A DNA stretch of 64,000 nucleotides from Acanthaster planci. Its lineage: Eukaryota. The position numbers and the translations under genes were made by a program. The DNA is taken from positions 3,706,148 through 3,770,147 of the forward strand of contig NW_019091361.1 in assembly GCF_001949145.1 (NCBI RefSeq), read 5' to 3'. The notes beneath the pieces are model-generated. The model saw only the letters and a program-made list of their open reading frames with translations, did not search any database and was not told the origin of the DNA. The stretch's first letter is position 1. Each line of letters begins with the position of its first letter. Positions 1 through 13,200 of this stretch are shown piece by piece.

Positions 1-1588
1 TTAGGACCAAAATGGTTGTCACTCAGTAGCTGGATGCTGTACTTCGTTATGGACTGGTTCCCGTTTCTATTATGTAGGAACATGTAGCTAGCTGCGGTTG
101 AACGTGTGCGACAGCCCTCTCATTGTGGATGCTGAATATTTTAAGTTTTTGTCTGGCCAATAGCAATGCCATAACATGAAATACGTTTCAGCGCCGAGGC
201 GAATAAAACACAACTACCTATCCTTGCTAAGCCTCTGTGGATCACAGTGTGGTAATTTGTTTTTTTATCATTGGTTACAGTCTGAAAAACTCCAAACTAT
301 TTAAGAATAGTAAGCATTTTAAAGCTTGAATTTTCTCCGACGCAAAAAGAAATCAAACAAGATCACGTAGATATAAGGAACAAATAAGAATGTTACACTT
401 AGCTGGTCCAAAAAAAAAAAGAAAAAGAAAAAAGACTGCTGATAGGAACTAGTTTACAATCGGAAGGGTAAAGAATCAAGGAAAGATCTTATACAAAAAA
501 GATGATCTTACGGGCGAGAGCTTGGCAGGCACAAAAGCGAAGAATTCAGGACTCCACAGATGGCGATAAACAGTTCAGTCCTTGACGGTGTAAAAATGAG
601 CTGCAAAAGGGACGATGACCATGACGATGACCGGGCTCGAGACGAAACGGTGATGGCGTGTTGTTACGGTCGCAAATATGGGACTTGATGATCCCACAAT
701 CTGAATCTGGATTCAGTTCACAAAATGTTCCTTCCGGAACAAAATTTACTTCTGCACGTAACTTGGTCTGAATGAACTTTCTTACAAATGTTGCCCCGAA
801 GCTGACGACTCGCTACCACCGTCGGGCTGAAAATGGTGCAGAAGTCAACAGGTCAACGACTTCTCACACCCCGCGGACAAGTAAAATTGCCGCCCCAAAT
901 CTCTCCACACATACAACTCTTCTAAGACTTTCTTACGAAGTTCTTATCATTATGCACGTTTCTAAACTTTTTCTAGCATTAGTGAGCTTACAAGAAACTC
1001 AGTTTCAGAACGTACGCTATAAAACTAAAAAATTCTGGAATACAGTGAAGTCATTCACCGTAGGCTGGGGTCAAACGCAGGTCACACTGTGAGTCGCGTG
1101 CGGTACCATATAACCTGTTACATGTACAGAGACTGTGTGTATAATATATAACGCATTGATAAAAATCATTTTACTGTAATATATTTCAAACCAGTGGTTA
1201 CTGTATTAAATTTTAGACAAATTAATGGGGAACCAACAACAAAAAGAATGCCTTCAGCTTCTGCTTGATTTGCGCATTGAGCGGTCATCGTTTCCTCATT
1301 TACAGACATACGGCAGGATTCTGCCGAATTCATTATCCGCTACCGGTCCCTACAGTCCGAGGATGTCTGTAAGCTAGAACGTCTGGAGACTACGTACGGG
1401 ACAGGAGCCAGTCTATACCGCGAACAGTATACAATCTGAAGTTAGCGCTGAACTGTGTGTGAAGATCTGCTTTGATCAACCCCGGCACAATGTAATGCAG
1501 GCGTTGTGACGGTCCCAGGGACGCTCACAACGGTTGCACGACAACAGAGAACAGGGCTCACGGACGGGTACTGTCAGCCAAGCACCAG

Positions 1589-2325
1589 TTTGCATATGTG
1601 CTTCTTGCTTTGTGATCATGTTCAAAGTTTCAAACCAAAAGGAGCAGCGATTGAACAGGTAAATAATGAGGGGGGGGGGTTGACTAGGCTTCACACATTT
1701 TGGTTTAATAAGTAGGTGCCATGACAGGATCATACTTCAGACAGCGTATAATGCAACAAGAAACTAATCGTGCCGCATAATAGTGTCAAAATGGCATTCA
1801 AGTTCACCGTCCGATACCGACTCCCAGACAGGTTTTGTCAAAGTATATATTCAAATGTGAAAACACATGAATGGTCTCCTTGAATGATGGTGCAAGTGAG
1901 GGAAATAGGTCCACCTCATATTTATCATAATCAAATGTATATGCATTATTGCGGGGAGTTTGCATATGTGCTACTTGCTTTGTGATCACGTTCAAAGTTT
2001 CAAACCAAAAGGAGCAGCGACTGAACAGGTAAATAATGAGGGGGGGTTGACTAGGCTTCACACATTTTGGTTTAATAAGTAGGTGCCATGACAGGATCAT
2101 ACTTCAGACAGCGTATAATGCAACAAGAAACTAATCGTGCCGCATAATAGTGTCAAAATGGCATTCAAGTTCACTGTCCGATACCGACTCCCAGACAGGT
2201 TTTGTCAAGGTATATATTCAAATGTGAAAACACATGAATGATCTCCTTGAATGATGGTGCAAGTGAGGGAAATAGGTCCACCTCATATTTATCATAATCA
2301 AATGTATATGCATCATTGCGGGGAG
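1589..2325. repeat. Tandem duplication of a ~370-bp unit (1589-1958 and 1959-2325)
   Basis: Near-identical direct copies that differ by a few substitutions, small indels and poly-G length. Confidence 0.95.
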
Positions 2326-4233
2326 AATACGTTGCTTAATTGCTTTTTGATTCTGTCTCGATATTTTAATCGGCATGCAGGAAACCTGGTTGTCGGGAAG
2401 ACGGCAAGCGCCACACATGCAGAATGAATGGTAAAACTAAGATCGGTAAAACATGTTTTGATAAAAATATCACGCAATTTTAGTCACTACGGCCTAAATG
2501 AAACTCTTCTGTTATTTGAAACTGATTTGTTCGAAAAAAAAAACATTACTTGTACACAAGTTGTGTTACTTCGGTCAAACGTTTACACTGAGCACGTATC
2601 CTTTATAATACATGGCATAAAGATTATAAAGAGTCACGTTCGATTGGTATTACTGACATTAATGTATGGTCATAACTTTGCTCTCAGCCAGATCCCCAAA
2701 GACAGGTTAACAATTTTTATGCCGGTTTAGGCCTATGCATGTAGTTTAATGCTTTTCTCGTTTATTACCACTGATGAAGGTCTAAACCCTTCATTTTAGG
2801 CCGATCTGTTTCGATATTAACTATGCGCCATAAGCAGTGGATGATCATCATGCAGTTATATTGATGGAAGCATTAGTCAGCTAAAACATCTGGTGCTTAG
2901 AACACCATGAAAACATGACTGCATGTGGGCTGGATAAAAGGAACTGAGGATAATAACCGCGGTCTTTCATCGCTAATTTACGAGTTAGAAAGACAGCACC
3001 AAAGGGTTAGTGTCCCCAGTGTACACGTGAAATGTATGAACTGTTTTCCCTGAACAAGTTATTGCCACTGCCAATTCAGCATTTGTCCTCTTAACGTGGA
3101 ATTCACGCATTAAGTGAAATTACAACGCTGTAGTCTTAAGTTTCACTTTTATTGATGTTGTTCCTAAGTTCTCAGGTTTGCTCGGAGTTGAACGCAATAT
3201 GAATCTAGGATTGGATGTATGCGGTGCACGATAATCATCATGTTACAGTTTGGCAGCCTAACATGGGGGTCATTCCATGTCAGACCAACACACTTTTTGA
3301 CCTTAGGTCTAAAGATTTTGATGAAAATTGCTGTGCTTGTAAACATCAATGAATAATAAATACTTGCCAATTTTTAGCGGAGTCCACACTTCCATGGGGT
3401 CAGGGCAGAGATCAACAAAAATGAACAGTTTTCACTTAAAAATCCACCCTTTTAGTGAAAATGGCACATAACCCTCTCATTTTATATCAAATATATGTAA
3501 ATGTGGTATCAAATAATCAGAAGAACATGCTCTTTTTACTGATGATGCAGAAATTTAGCTTTGTGAATAGTTTGCTTGATAATACATTATCTTATTGATG
3601 TTATTTAGCACATTGTTAAAAGGTTACGTTAAGTGAATTAGACTAAATTTTCACTTGGTGGACAGGCAATGTAATGGCGCACTGGAGGTTCACCAGGGGC
3701 CTTTCTGCCCGTAGATCATAGCATTAAACGGAAGAACTCTTTGTGTATGTGTGTTGAAAAGTTCATTGTTGTTTTTTATTTATAATATATATATATATAT
3801 TTGAGATGTTACAAAGATTTCATCCTTAACTTTGTGGCCTTATCTTGCCACTTTAGATGTATGGGGTCTGGTGTGACCATAATGATGTTTTAATATTTAG
3901 ATCGATATGAAAAAGTCTTGTGTGACCTATTCCAAGCTCTGGTGTGGCTAATTTTACGGCCTTCTTGTGTACAAACATATGGGTCTGGTACGCCAGATAT
4001 CATGGCTGAGGCTGGTGAACCTAGGGTGTCTGGTGTACTCCACATAACTACAATAGGTTAATATACGTGCCTATATACTTTCAAAGTAAAAGTTTACCCA
4101 ACATTTGTCAAAACACGTACCTCACACCCATTTTGTTAAATGTTATGTAGTACATGTAGCAGGTTCGCATAGCATCTAACTGCCATGTATAAGATTACAT
4201 AACCTGTGTACTTTTTGTCTGTGTCTGATACAG

Positions 4234-7200
4234 CAATCCTCGTTACTTTGGTTGTGGCTCTTTTGGGACTGGCAGTCAGTAAATGGAACCTGATAAGGGA
4301 GGGAGTCGGGCCGACTCAAGATGGAGAAAACCCATCCATACCAGGGTGGTACAGAACGGGTGCTGTTGCCACGGATGTGGGACTGTGTTCGAAGATGGGA
4401 CGGTGAGTATGGACTTGTCTCGGAGAAAATGGGCCCTTTCTAATTCATGAACCGTAAGCTTTATTAGTGAAGATTTTTTTTTCGCAAAGTCTTTTTATAT
4501 CGAGACACGAGCCGAAACAGCGTTTCGTTTTTTCTTTTGAAAAAGAAAATTAGCGTGATCATCATGGAACTTATTGAGTAGGTAGAAGAAAGCCCTATAT
4601 GTGTAATGCAAATAATGACGTCACGATGACATTATTATGCAAGTTGTTAATCAATTAAAAAATATATATATACACACAAGTCGCTTTTTATTACCTCATC
4701 TCCCGCCACAATTTTTAAAAGCATAATACATGAAAGCTGGCATGACCAAGACCATACTGATGAAACCATACGTTTTATAGCTAACCTTCTGTAAACACAT
4801 CATGGACATGAAGCAAACATGAAACCCGGCCAACAAAAGTAAGGCTGCATGGTTCCAATGTGACTTAGCCCACCAGCTATCTGTCTGTGTAACAGACAGA
4901 GTCTGTGTTTTCATCAACATCATTTTTCGTGTTTGCCGCATTAATTTGCAAAGAGTTGGCTCATGAAGAAAGCCACGTCTAAAACTAACACCCAGTTCAG
5001 TCGGGTATACCATAGTCGCGCCGAACCACAATTAAAGATACACTCCATCATTTGTCATTATGCCCATTTGAGGCAACAAAACAGTAGCGTATCCAGCAAG
5101 GGGGGGGGGGCACAGGGGCCACTTGCCCCCAACCCCTTCCACGGGTTTTTGAGTAAGGCTTTTGATATTTGTCCTCCAAACATCATTTTGAATAAGCCTG
5201 AAGCCACATTTACTTTTGAATCCCCCGACACCAAAAGCTGGATACGCCGCTACAGCAGAATTACTCCAAATCTGAAGTACGGTACTTAAAAACGAACGCA
5301 ATGAAGTTTTAGCACAGAGAGTAAGCTTACTGCAAATTCCAAAAAATGTTATTCTAGGATTTTGATTTCATATCAAAAACTACAGAGTCATGTTCATAAT
5401 TGCGCCTGAATTTTAGCGTTTGGTACACGTTCCGTTCAGTCTAATGCAGCTACCGATGTCACGCACTGAACCGACAAATTGCAGTAAAATAAACATGAGG
5501 CAGGCAAGCAAATCCAAGGTCATGCTAATGAAATTATACGCCTAACATAGATCAAATTGTGTAATTATAGTATTATTATTTTATTGGTTTACTTATTAAA
5601 AAATGAAAATGTTGCTGCTAAAGGCTGAATGCGTTTGGTAATCAATCAGTAAAAAGAGGTCATTTAATATATCTGACCTGCCATGGCATATTGAGGAAAG
5701 ATCCCCATCTTTAACTTTTTGAGATAAGCAGATGAAAATAAAGAGAAAGGAGTGGACTTTCCAGTGTTACCTCATTTATAGTTGTAGCCCACTCCTCTCC
5801 ACTCCACTATGACGCAAGAAAGATGACGGGAAATATCGTTGTGGTTAAAACTACTTTTGAGAAAAACGGCTTTGAAAATAGAGCACGCACCGGAGCTGCA
5901 AACGTTAGCCACGAGCATGTTGTGTGAGCTCCATAATCGTTCTCGACCTAAATGACCACAGCAACAGGTTATTTATGGGCAGCTCTTGCCATGAAATACT
6001 AAGTAAACTGAAAGAATGTCTTCAAAGGAAATTTTTTGTGATATTCTTTGGAGAAGGGGACATCCATGCTTGGAGTTTCGTGATTAGGAATCGTTAATGA
6101 CATTAGACGGGACTGATGTTGGCACTGGCCCCCCAACTTCGTTTTTAGATTTGAGAAACATTCTTTTGTGATATTAAAATGTGTAAGCCTTCCTTAAGAT
6201 AAGTTAACATAAACTTATTCTCTCCTGCAACTTGAAAGATAATACTCCTATTCTTTGCAAACCGAAAATTCTGGAATTTCAGAAAGCTGTCCATGTCCAG
6301 CCGAAGTCATTAGATCCTGCCTTCGATACTTTCAAAGTTTTCAGTGTACATGCAAGTACTGGTGTCACACGAGCCAAGAGCAGGTCTTGAGGGGTGTCCA
6401 GGGTGCAATACAGCAATAATTTAAAATAAATATTATCCCAGCTGAATTTGGCGTAAAAGTCGGCCAGGGTTGTCCTTTTGGGGCGGCCAAAAATCGCCGC
6501 AAGCTTAGTGATCGTAACAGCATTCAGTGTACATGTACGCGTACAGTACATGCCATGATAGTGTTGAGCTCGTATACTTATATATATACACGTACACGAC
6601 CACAGCATCGTTTACCGTGTGTGTACGTACGGTATGGTACCAACCTCGTTCCCACGGGAACGATCTTGCCGCACCATTTGGTTCCCACCATGCCTTGCGC
6701 GATCTGAGCCCTGGTATTGTATAATACGGACGATTCACAATAGTGCGCCACCAAGAGTTTGCAACACGTTGGCAAATCAAAACGCGCGAAGTTTGTCGAC
6801 CTTTTCTAAACGCGCATTGAGTCGACAAATTTCGCGCATTGTGACTGGCCAACGCGTTGCAAACTCTTGGTGGCGCACTATTGTGAAACGGCCGTATTTA
6901 TATACCCTACTATTTTGGGATATTTTGTCAGCGTGTTTACGAGCGACGCAGATTGACGCGTGCGTGACATGCAAGAGAATACGTGGGCGCGGGCGCGCAG
7001 CTTTTGAAAAACGCACGCGATTGACTTCACGTTCATATATACATCACGAATAGCCAATCAGCGTCATTTTCATATTCTGCACGACGTAAGGATGGGTATG
7101 GTACAGACGTGGGTTTGTCAGACTTCAGTAAAAATATCTTTTTCACGCGCGTGTAATGCACACTGATTGGACGAACAAAGCGCTTGTCATATATCCGAGT

Positions 7201-10200
7201 AAACAATGCTGACCGCGCCGAACATTTGAATCACAGGACACCAATCAAACTGCTGGATTTTGCCTCCACACTTCCCTGTCGTGTATCCAAGTAACTGTAG
7301 TTGTATGGGGATCCAATCACGTAGCTTCGTTTTGCTTACAAAGGCATAGTTCGTGAACAGTACCAAACTTTACGCAAGGGCTACAGTCGAACTGCCTGAA
7401 AACGCGCTCGGAAAATATGGACAAAATTGTAAAAGGTGAACACCATAAATTTTAGAAAAGATTGAAACAAAGTCTCTTCAGAAATTCTCGTTTTTATCGC
7501 CTTTGTGTGATTTCCTTTCACAAATGACATAGTTTGACGGAATCTTTGACACCTAACCTACCTAAAAATCTAAAAAAACAGAAAATGTATTTTGACATGA
7601 TTTTTACGTGTAGCCTATGTTGCAACTTCAGTCGCCGATTACTCAAAACAAGGTTTTGGGGATCATTCCTCATTTAGCCTCATATAAAAAGATTGGTCTA
7701 CATAAAAAGTATACACATATTTCGTTAAAAGCAATGCAAAGAAATGCAAGGCTAAAATGACAATAAACAGGACCAGTGGACATGTGATACATTTACAATA
7801 GAATACATTTTCAATTTCTTTAACAGACCAAAGACTAGAAACGTACAAAGGACATCACAAATACGTATCACAACAAAATATGGAAAAAAAGAGTACTAAA
7901 AAGGAACAGAAGCGGCAAGTGCATGGGATTCAAAGAAAGAAAGAAAGACACAAGTCAAAAACAAAACAAATATAGTTGGAAGACCAGACATGGGTTATCG
8001 CAGGACAACCATCTTTCATCTTGGTACCAGCCAGATATACACGTATGCATAAGCCAGTTTTTGAGCAGAGTAGACTATCACCACACAACGAGACCCAACA
8101 ATAAACCCAATGTTGAAGCAGAAAACATATTAATCAACTTTCTTTAGTGCATCTACAAGAGATGGGATACAGCTCCTTTTTTGTCGGTTAGTCCGGTATT
8201 TCAGAGCACTCATCTGATTAGAATTTTGCAGGTTGTTTTTTCGGTTTTGAGGGAGCCAATGCCGATAGGTTTGGGAATCCGAGAGGGTTTTGCCAAAATT
8301 TAAGAAAAGTTGTTCCAATCTCTCAGCAATAGTCGGAAGCCCATACTCGTAACAAATTTCTGTATAGGGCTTTGCATAACTAATATCAGCAGCCAAATAA
8401 TTCTTAGAGTTTTCTTTTGCAGCGTGACAAGGTATCCCTTAGACAGTCCTGAATACAAACGGGGCAAGCATATTCAATCGTGGGCCTGACATACACGTCA
8501 GAAGATCATTAATAGAAACTAGGTTTCGTTTGAGTTGTCGCAAGAAAAAGGCCTTCGGTTACAATTTATACACATATTATTAATGTGGGAGTCCCACCTT
8601 AAATTACTCTGTGTATATATACCCAACAACTTCACACATTCTGTTTTGGCCGATCTGAAAATCAGATATAACAAATGGGGGTATATGTGCGCTGAAAACT
8701 AATGCTCGTATACTGCCATTTAGTGGGGTTCAGTTTCATTTTGTTCAAGTCAGGCTACTGTTGTAGGTGACGGAGCTCACCTTGCATGCTGGAGCTTTTA
8801 TTAGGATTGGAAAAAGTCGACACATTTGTAATGTTTTATGTACAATTGGTTGGGAGCAAAATCCTTGATCATGACTAGGAATGCAATAGGTCCAATTTTG
8901 GTTCCCTGGGGAACTCCAGCATGCAACGTCTCCCAAGTTGACAGAACATCACTGTATCGAACAGCCTGTAAACGGTTAAACGAGAAACTTCCTATCCAAG
9001 AAGTTAAGGAAGCTCTAACCCCTTATTGGATAAACTTATTAAAGACAATATTATGATCCACCCTGTCCAAAGCTTTACTGAAATCAGTGGAAATTACCAC
9101 GACAGAGTTTTGTGGTTTATCGAGAACAGTGTGAATGTCATCTAGAAGTCTGACCAAATAGTGGGTCGTAGATGAACCCTCAATGAACCAAATTGACGAT
9201 TATCAATAGCAAGTCTTATATCACTGAGAATCCATTCAAGGACAAAGTCTTGTGAGCGAGATGGGTCGAAGACACTCTAAGCTTGGAGGATGGGTCTTTG
9301 GTACAGGTGCTACAAATGCCTTTTCCAGAGTTCGGGTATAATTCCTCCCTCTAAAGAGCAATTAAAGGATATTGACCAACGGAGAGCACAACTTGTTCGC
9401 AAAGTCCTTAATCAAACGGGGGTGGAAAGCAAGATGTTATAACCTTGAAGTTGGCACTTTGATGAAACAATACTTCCACTGCGGATAAAGTTCTCCTAAA
9501 CACACGCCTAAGAAACACAAATACTGGGATAGAAAACTAATGCTGTTATTCAACGCGTGTGTATACATAAAACGAGAAAAAGACAAGGTTAAGACGAATT
9601 TTACCCTGAAAGAACCGGGAGGCTGAATTCGTCCCGCCCCCGAATTTGTTTTTCGTTATCATCACCGTGCATTTTCGTATTCACGAGCCAAGTCTCTAGG
9701 ATTTTTTTATTTTTTAGAAAAAAAAGTGTAAACTGTGCAACACCTAAAGTAGTTAACAAAACAGTCTATGCGTCAGTTTTTATTTATATGTCGATGAAAG
9801 TTGACGCAATTTCATTGACAATTTCAAAAGGCTTACACTGTATAACTTCAAGAGGCAAATTGCTCGTTTTATGGGGACAGTTTCCAAATAGTAAAATAAT
9901 GTGGAGTAGCTGCAATGTCAAGTTTCAACAAGTAGCGTAAATTTGTTATTAGAGGGATGGGGAAAGGGGGCCGGGAGGATGATTTTCCAGGCCATGAAAA
10001 TGTGAAAAGCTGGGGGGGGGGTTCCATATGACTCTATAATAAGGTCGATGTTCATATTATTGATGTACATCTGTAATGGTGACATATTTATGGCTTTTAA
10101 AAATGTTTTCCCTTTTTTGAATGATATTGAATGAATACATTTTAGTTGTTGGAAGTCTGAAACTTTCTTCATAATCAGCTTTAATTTCTTGCTCACCACA

Positions 10201-13200
10201 AAACAGTGGGGGATCGATGATTCAGTTGCTCATCCCCCAACCTCAAAAAATGAGGGGGGATATATACCCCCATCTCCCTGGGGTTTACCCTCATGGTTTC
10301 AACAGACAACAAAATACATTTCACAAGCCGCGTCCGGGCATTTTACTCTTCACCACATCATTTTGAGAACATATTTGGGAGTATCTTTTGATTATTTTTA
10401 CACACTCCTCAAAACAAAATTGATTTTTGTTCAGCTTCTGCTTTCAGTTGCTGCATTTTTTGCTTTAGGTTTCTTTGTCCAATGGAAATGTACTTCTTGA
10501 CGGAAGGGAATTACGGTGTCCTCCACAGAGTTTGGAAATTGGAATTTACCTGTGCACCTTTCAAAGTTAAATTCTTGAGTCTTATTCGTACAGTCATACA
10601 AATCGAATAATATATGTAACTGACAAGCGATGGGTCATGCATATACAAATCCATTCATTACAATTGGAAATTTAGAATTAGAGTAATCTTTTTTTCATAT
10701 CTTTCATCGTAAACCGTGCGTGTTTAGTTCGACGACCCGTTGAAAGCGGGGGCTTTCGTTGGAAGTTTTTTGTGTTCTATTTTGGAACACTGGCCATGAG
10801 ATACGAACGAACACTTCAAGTTTGGTAAGGCGATGCCTTTTCGAGGGACTTGTTTGATTGGGTTGAAATAATTTTGGCCCCTTATACGTCATTTCTAGGT
10901 TTTATCTTTTATGCATGCACGTGCCTTTCAGAAATCCAGTGGATGCTTCATACATAGGCAATATATACGCATTTATATGTAATTTGGAGTGATATATAAT
11001 CTATATTATGTATATTATGTTATTGACTTCTTAAAAGACGAACCCGCTTGGATTGTGTTTGACTTCAAAATTATGAGTAGCCCCAATCATAATTTAACTT
11101 GAGAGTGATCATAAAAAATGGCATGCTTGAATAAAAATACTCGTTTGTTTTAATTTACAAGCACGAGTGATCGGGAGGTATCAGTCTGATGACACTGGAT
11201 AGTTTTGACCGAGAACCTAATGTTTATGGAAATAACATCTGTTCTGTGAACATCTGCTATGTATTGTCTGACATTGATGTATTAGCCCGTGAAGTGAAGA
11301 GTGCACCTTTCACTGCATTGTCACGAAAGTATGGAATTCCATATCTGCCGTCGTGCGTCGCCCGTCGTGCGTCGTCCGTCGTGCGTCGCCCGTCGTGCGT
11401 CGCCTGTGGTTTTTTTCACAATTGCGCAGTGGTATTTTTAACTTTGACCCTTGATCGTTTCACATGTACATGTCCTTGTTCGATCGATCCATCGTGCCTG
11501 ACTCTCATTTTAGCAATAGAACTAGAAGATGTACAGTACATGTATTCGTTTTTGCTGTTGCGCCAAACTCAAATTGAAAGTAGAAATAATATCCTGACAT
11601 CGGCTAAGTAACGTGTATATGAAATAATACCATTTTGGTTACATAAATAAATCAACAAATTAGACTTTTGTTAGGGTAGATTGTTTTCTCGATAACTTAG
11701 TTACTCCAGACGTAACTTTACTCGTTAACAGCCAGACTTTAGGTCTATAGCCTATGTGATATTTCTGTCTGTCCCTGCACGATATCCCACAGAACGGAAT
11801 GTAAATAATAAATTATTTACAATGTTTGATTCCCAATAGTTTTCATAAGAGACGAATTGATTCAACATTATTTTGAGGGCGGGTATACCTATGATGAAAT
11901 GNNNNNNNNNNNNNNNNNNNNNNNNNNNNNNNNNNNNNNNNNNNNNNNNNNNNNNNNNNNNNNNNNNNNNNNNNNNNNNNNNNNNNNNNNNNNNNNNNNN
12001 NNNNNNNNNNNNNNNNNNNNNNNNNNNNNNNNNNNNNNNNNNNNNNNNNNNGTATTTCTGTATTTCAAGGTGAAATTGAGAGGACAAGATGAAATATCTG
12101 TATCGGTTGGCAGATTTCTTCCTGGAATTTGATGAAAACAAGTCGGCACATTTTTACAGTATGCAAATTAGAATAACACTGTGGATAAGTTGGCTGGAAC
12201 ATTTTTGCTGAAAATGTTTTTCCCCCCAAAACACTTGAATGTTGAGTGTTGGTTGAATTCTCAGAGAGGCGATATTTTCTTGTCAAGGGGTAGGGGTAGT
12301 CTAGCATTATTGGAATTAATTATGTGACTAGTATATGCTTTGCAGGCGAGATTTGTACTTGCCTTATTCGGAAAAGAACTTTAGAAGTGAATGGAATCAT
12401 CACATTGTCATTTGTGAAACCCCGGCTTTCGCAGGTCCTATGCAACCCATTTGATGGGCGACGCACGACGTGCGACGCACGCCGGGCGACGCACGACGGA
12501 CGACGCACGACTGGTGACGCACGACGTCTGTGGTGGTGGTCCTTCGTACTCGAAGATGACGCCATCGTTTTGCAACTCGGTGAACCCGGAGATGACTGCA
12601 CAGACCAATGTCAGATGCGCAGAGTATAGAACAATGGGAGCACTGGAAGTCAGTCGTCGTCCTAGGCTGGCTGCCTCGCTTGTGGTGGCATTTATCTCTA
12701 GCTACGGTCAGGCGTTGTCGATGAGCCTTCTCAAACCTGGCGCTGGCCTTGCGCACGAGCGATCTCCAGAGAGATCTGTTGCTGGCATGGGACTCTAGGT
12801 CCTTTGGTTGTATATTGCACAGCAGGAGGTTGGATTTAACACAGTCCTTAAACCTCTTTTTGGCCTGCCCTGCTAACGTCTTCCACACACCAGTTCACCA
12901 TACATCCGGTGTCTGGGAATCCGGTGGTCCTCCATGCAAATAACGTGCCCCACCCATCTCAACTGGGCCTTGATGAGCACCGATTCTATGCTGTTAGAAT
13001 TCGCACGGTCGAGGACCTCCAGATTAGTCATGCGGTCTTGCCACTGGATGCCAAAGATGGAGCGAAGAGCACGCATGTGGAAGTTCTCCAGCTTCTTAAT
13101 GTGCCTGCGATATGGTGTCCAGGATTCGCATCCATAGAGGAGAGAGGGGAGAACCACGGCATTGTAAACTTTGAGTTTTGTCATTATTTGTATGTTGTGT

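Noticed and set aside
772..1092. 106-aa ORF containing KKFWNTVK
   Set aside because: Only a faint LINE-like word; no supportable homology or splice context.
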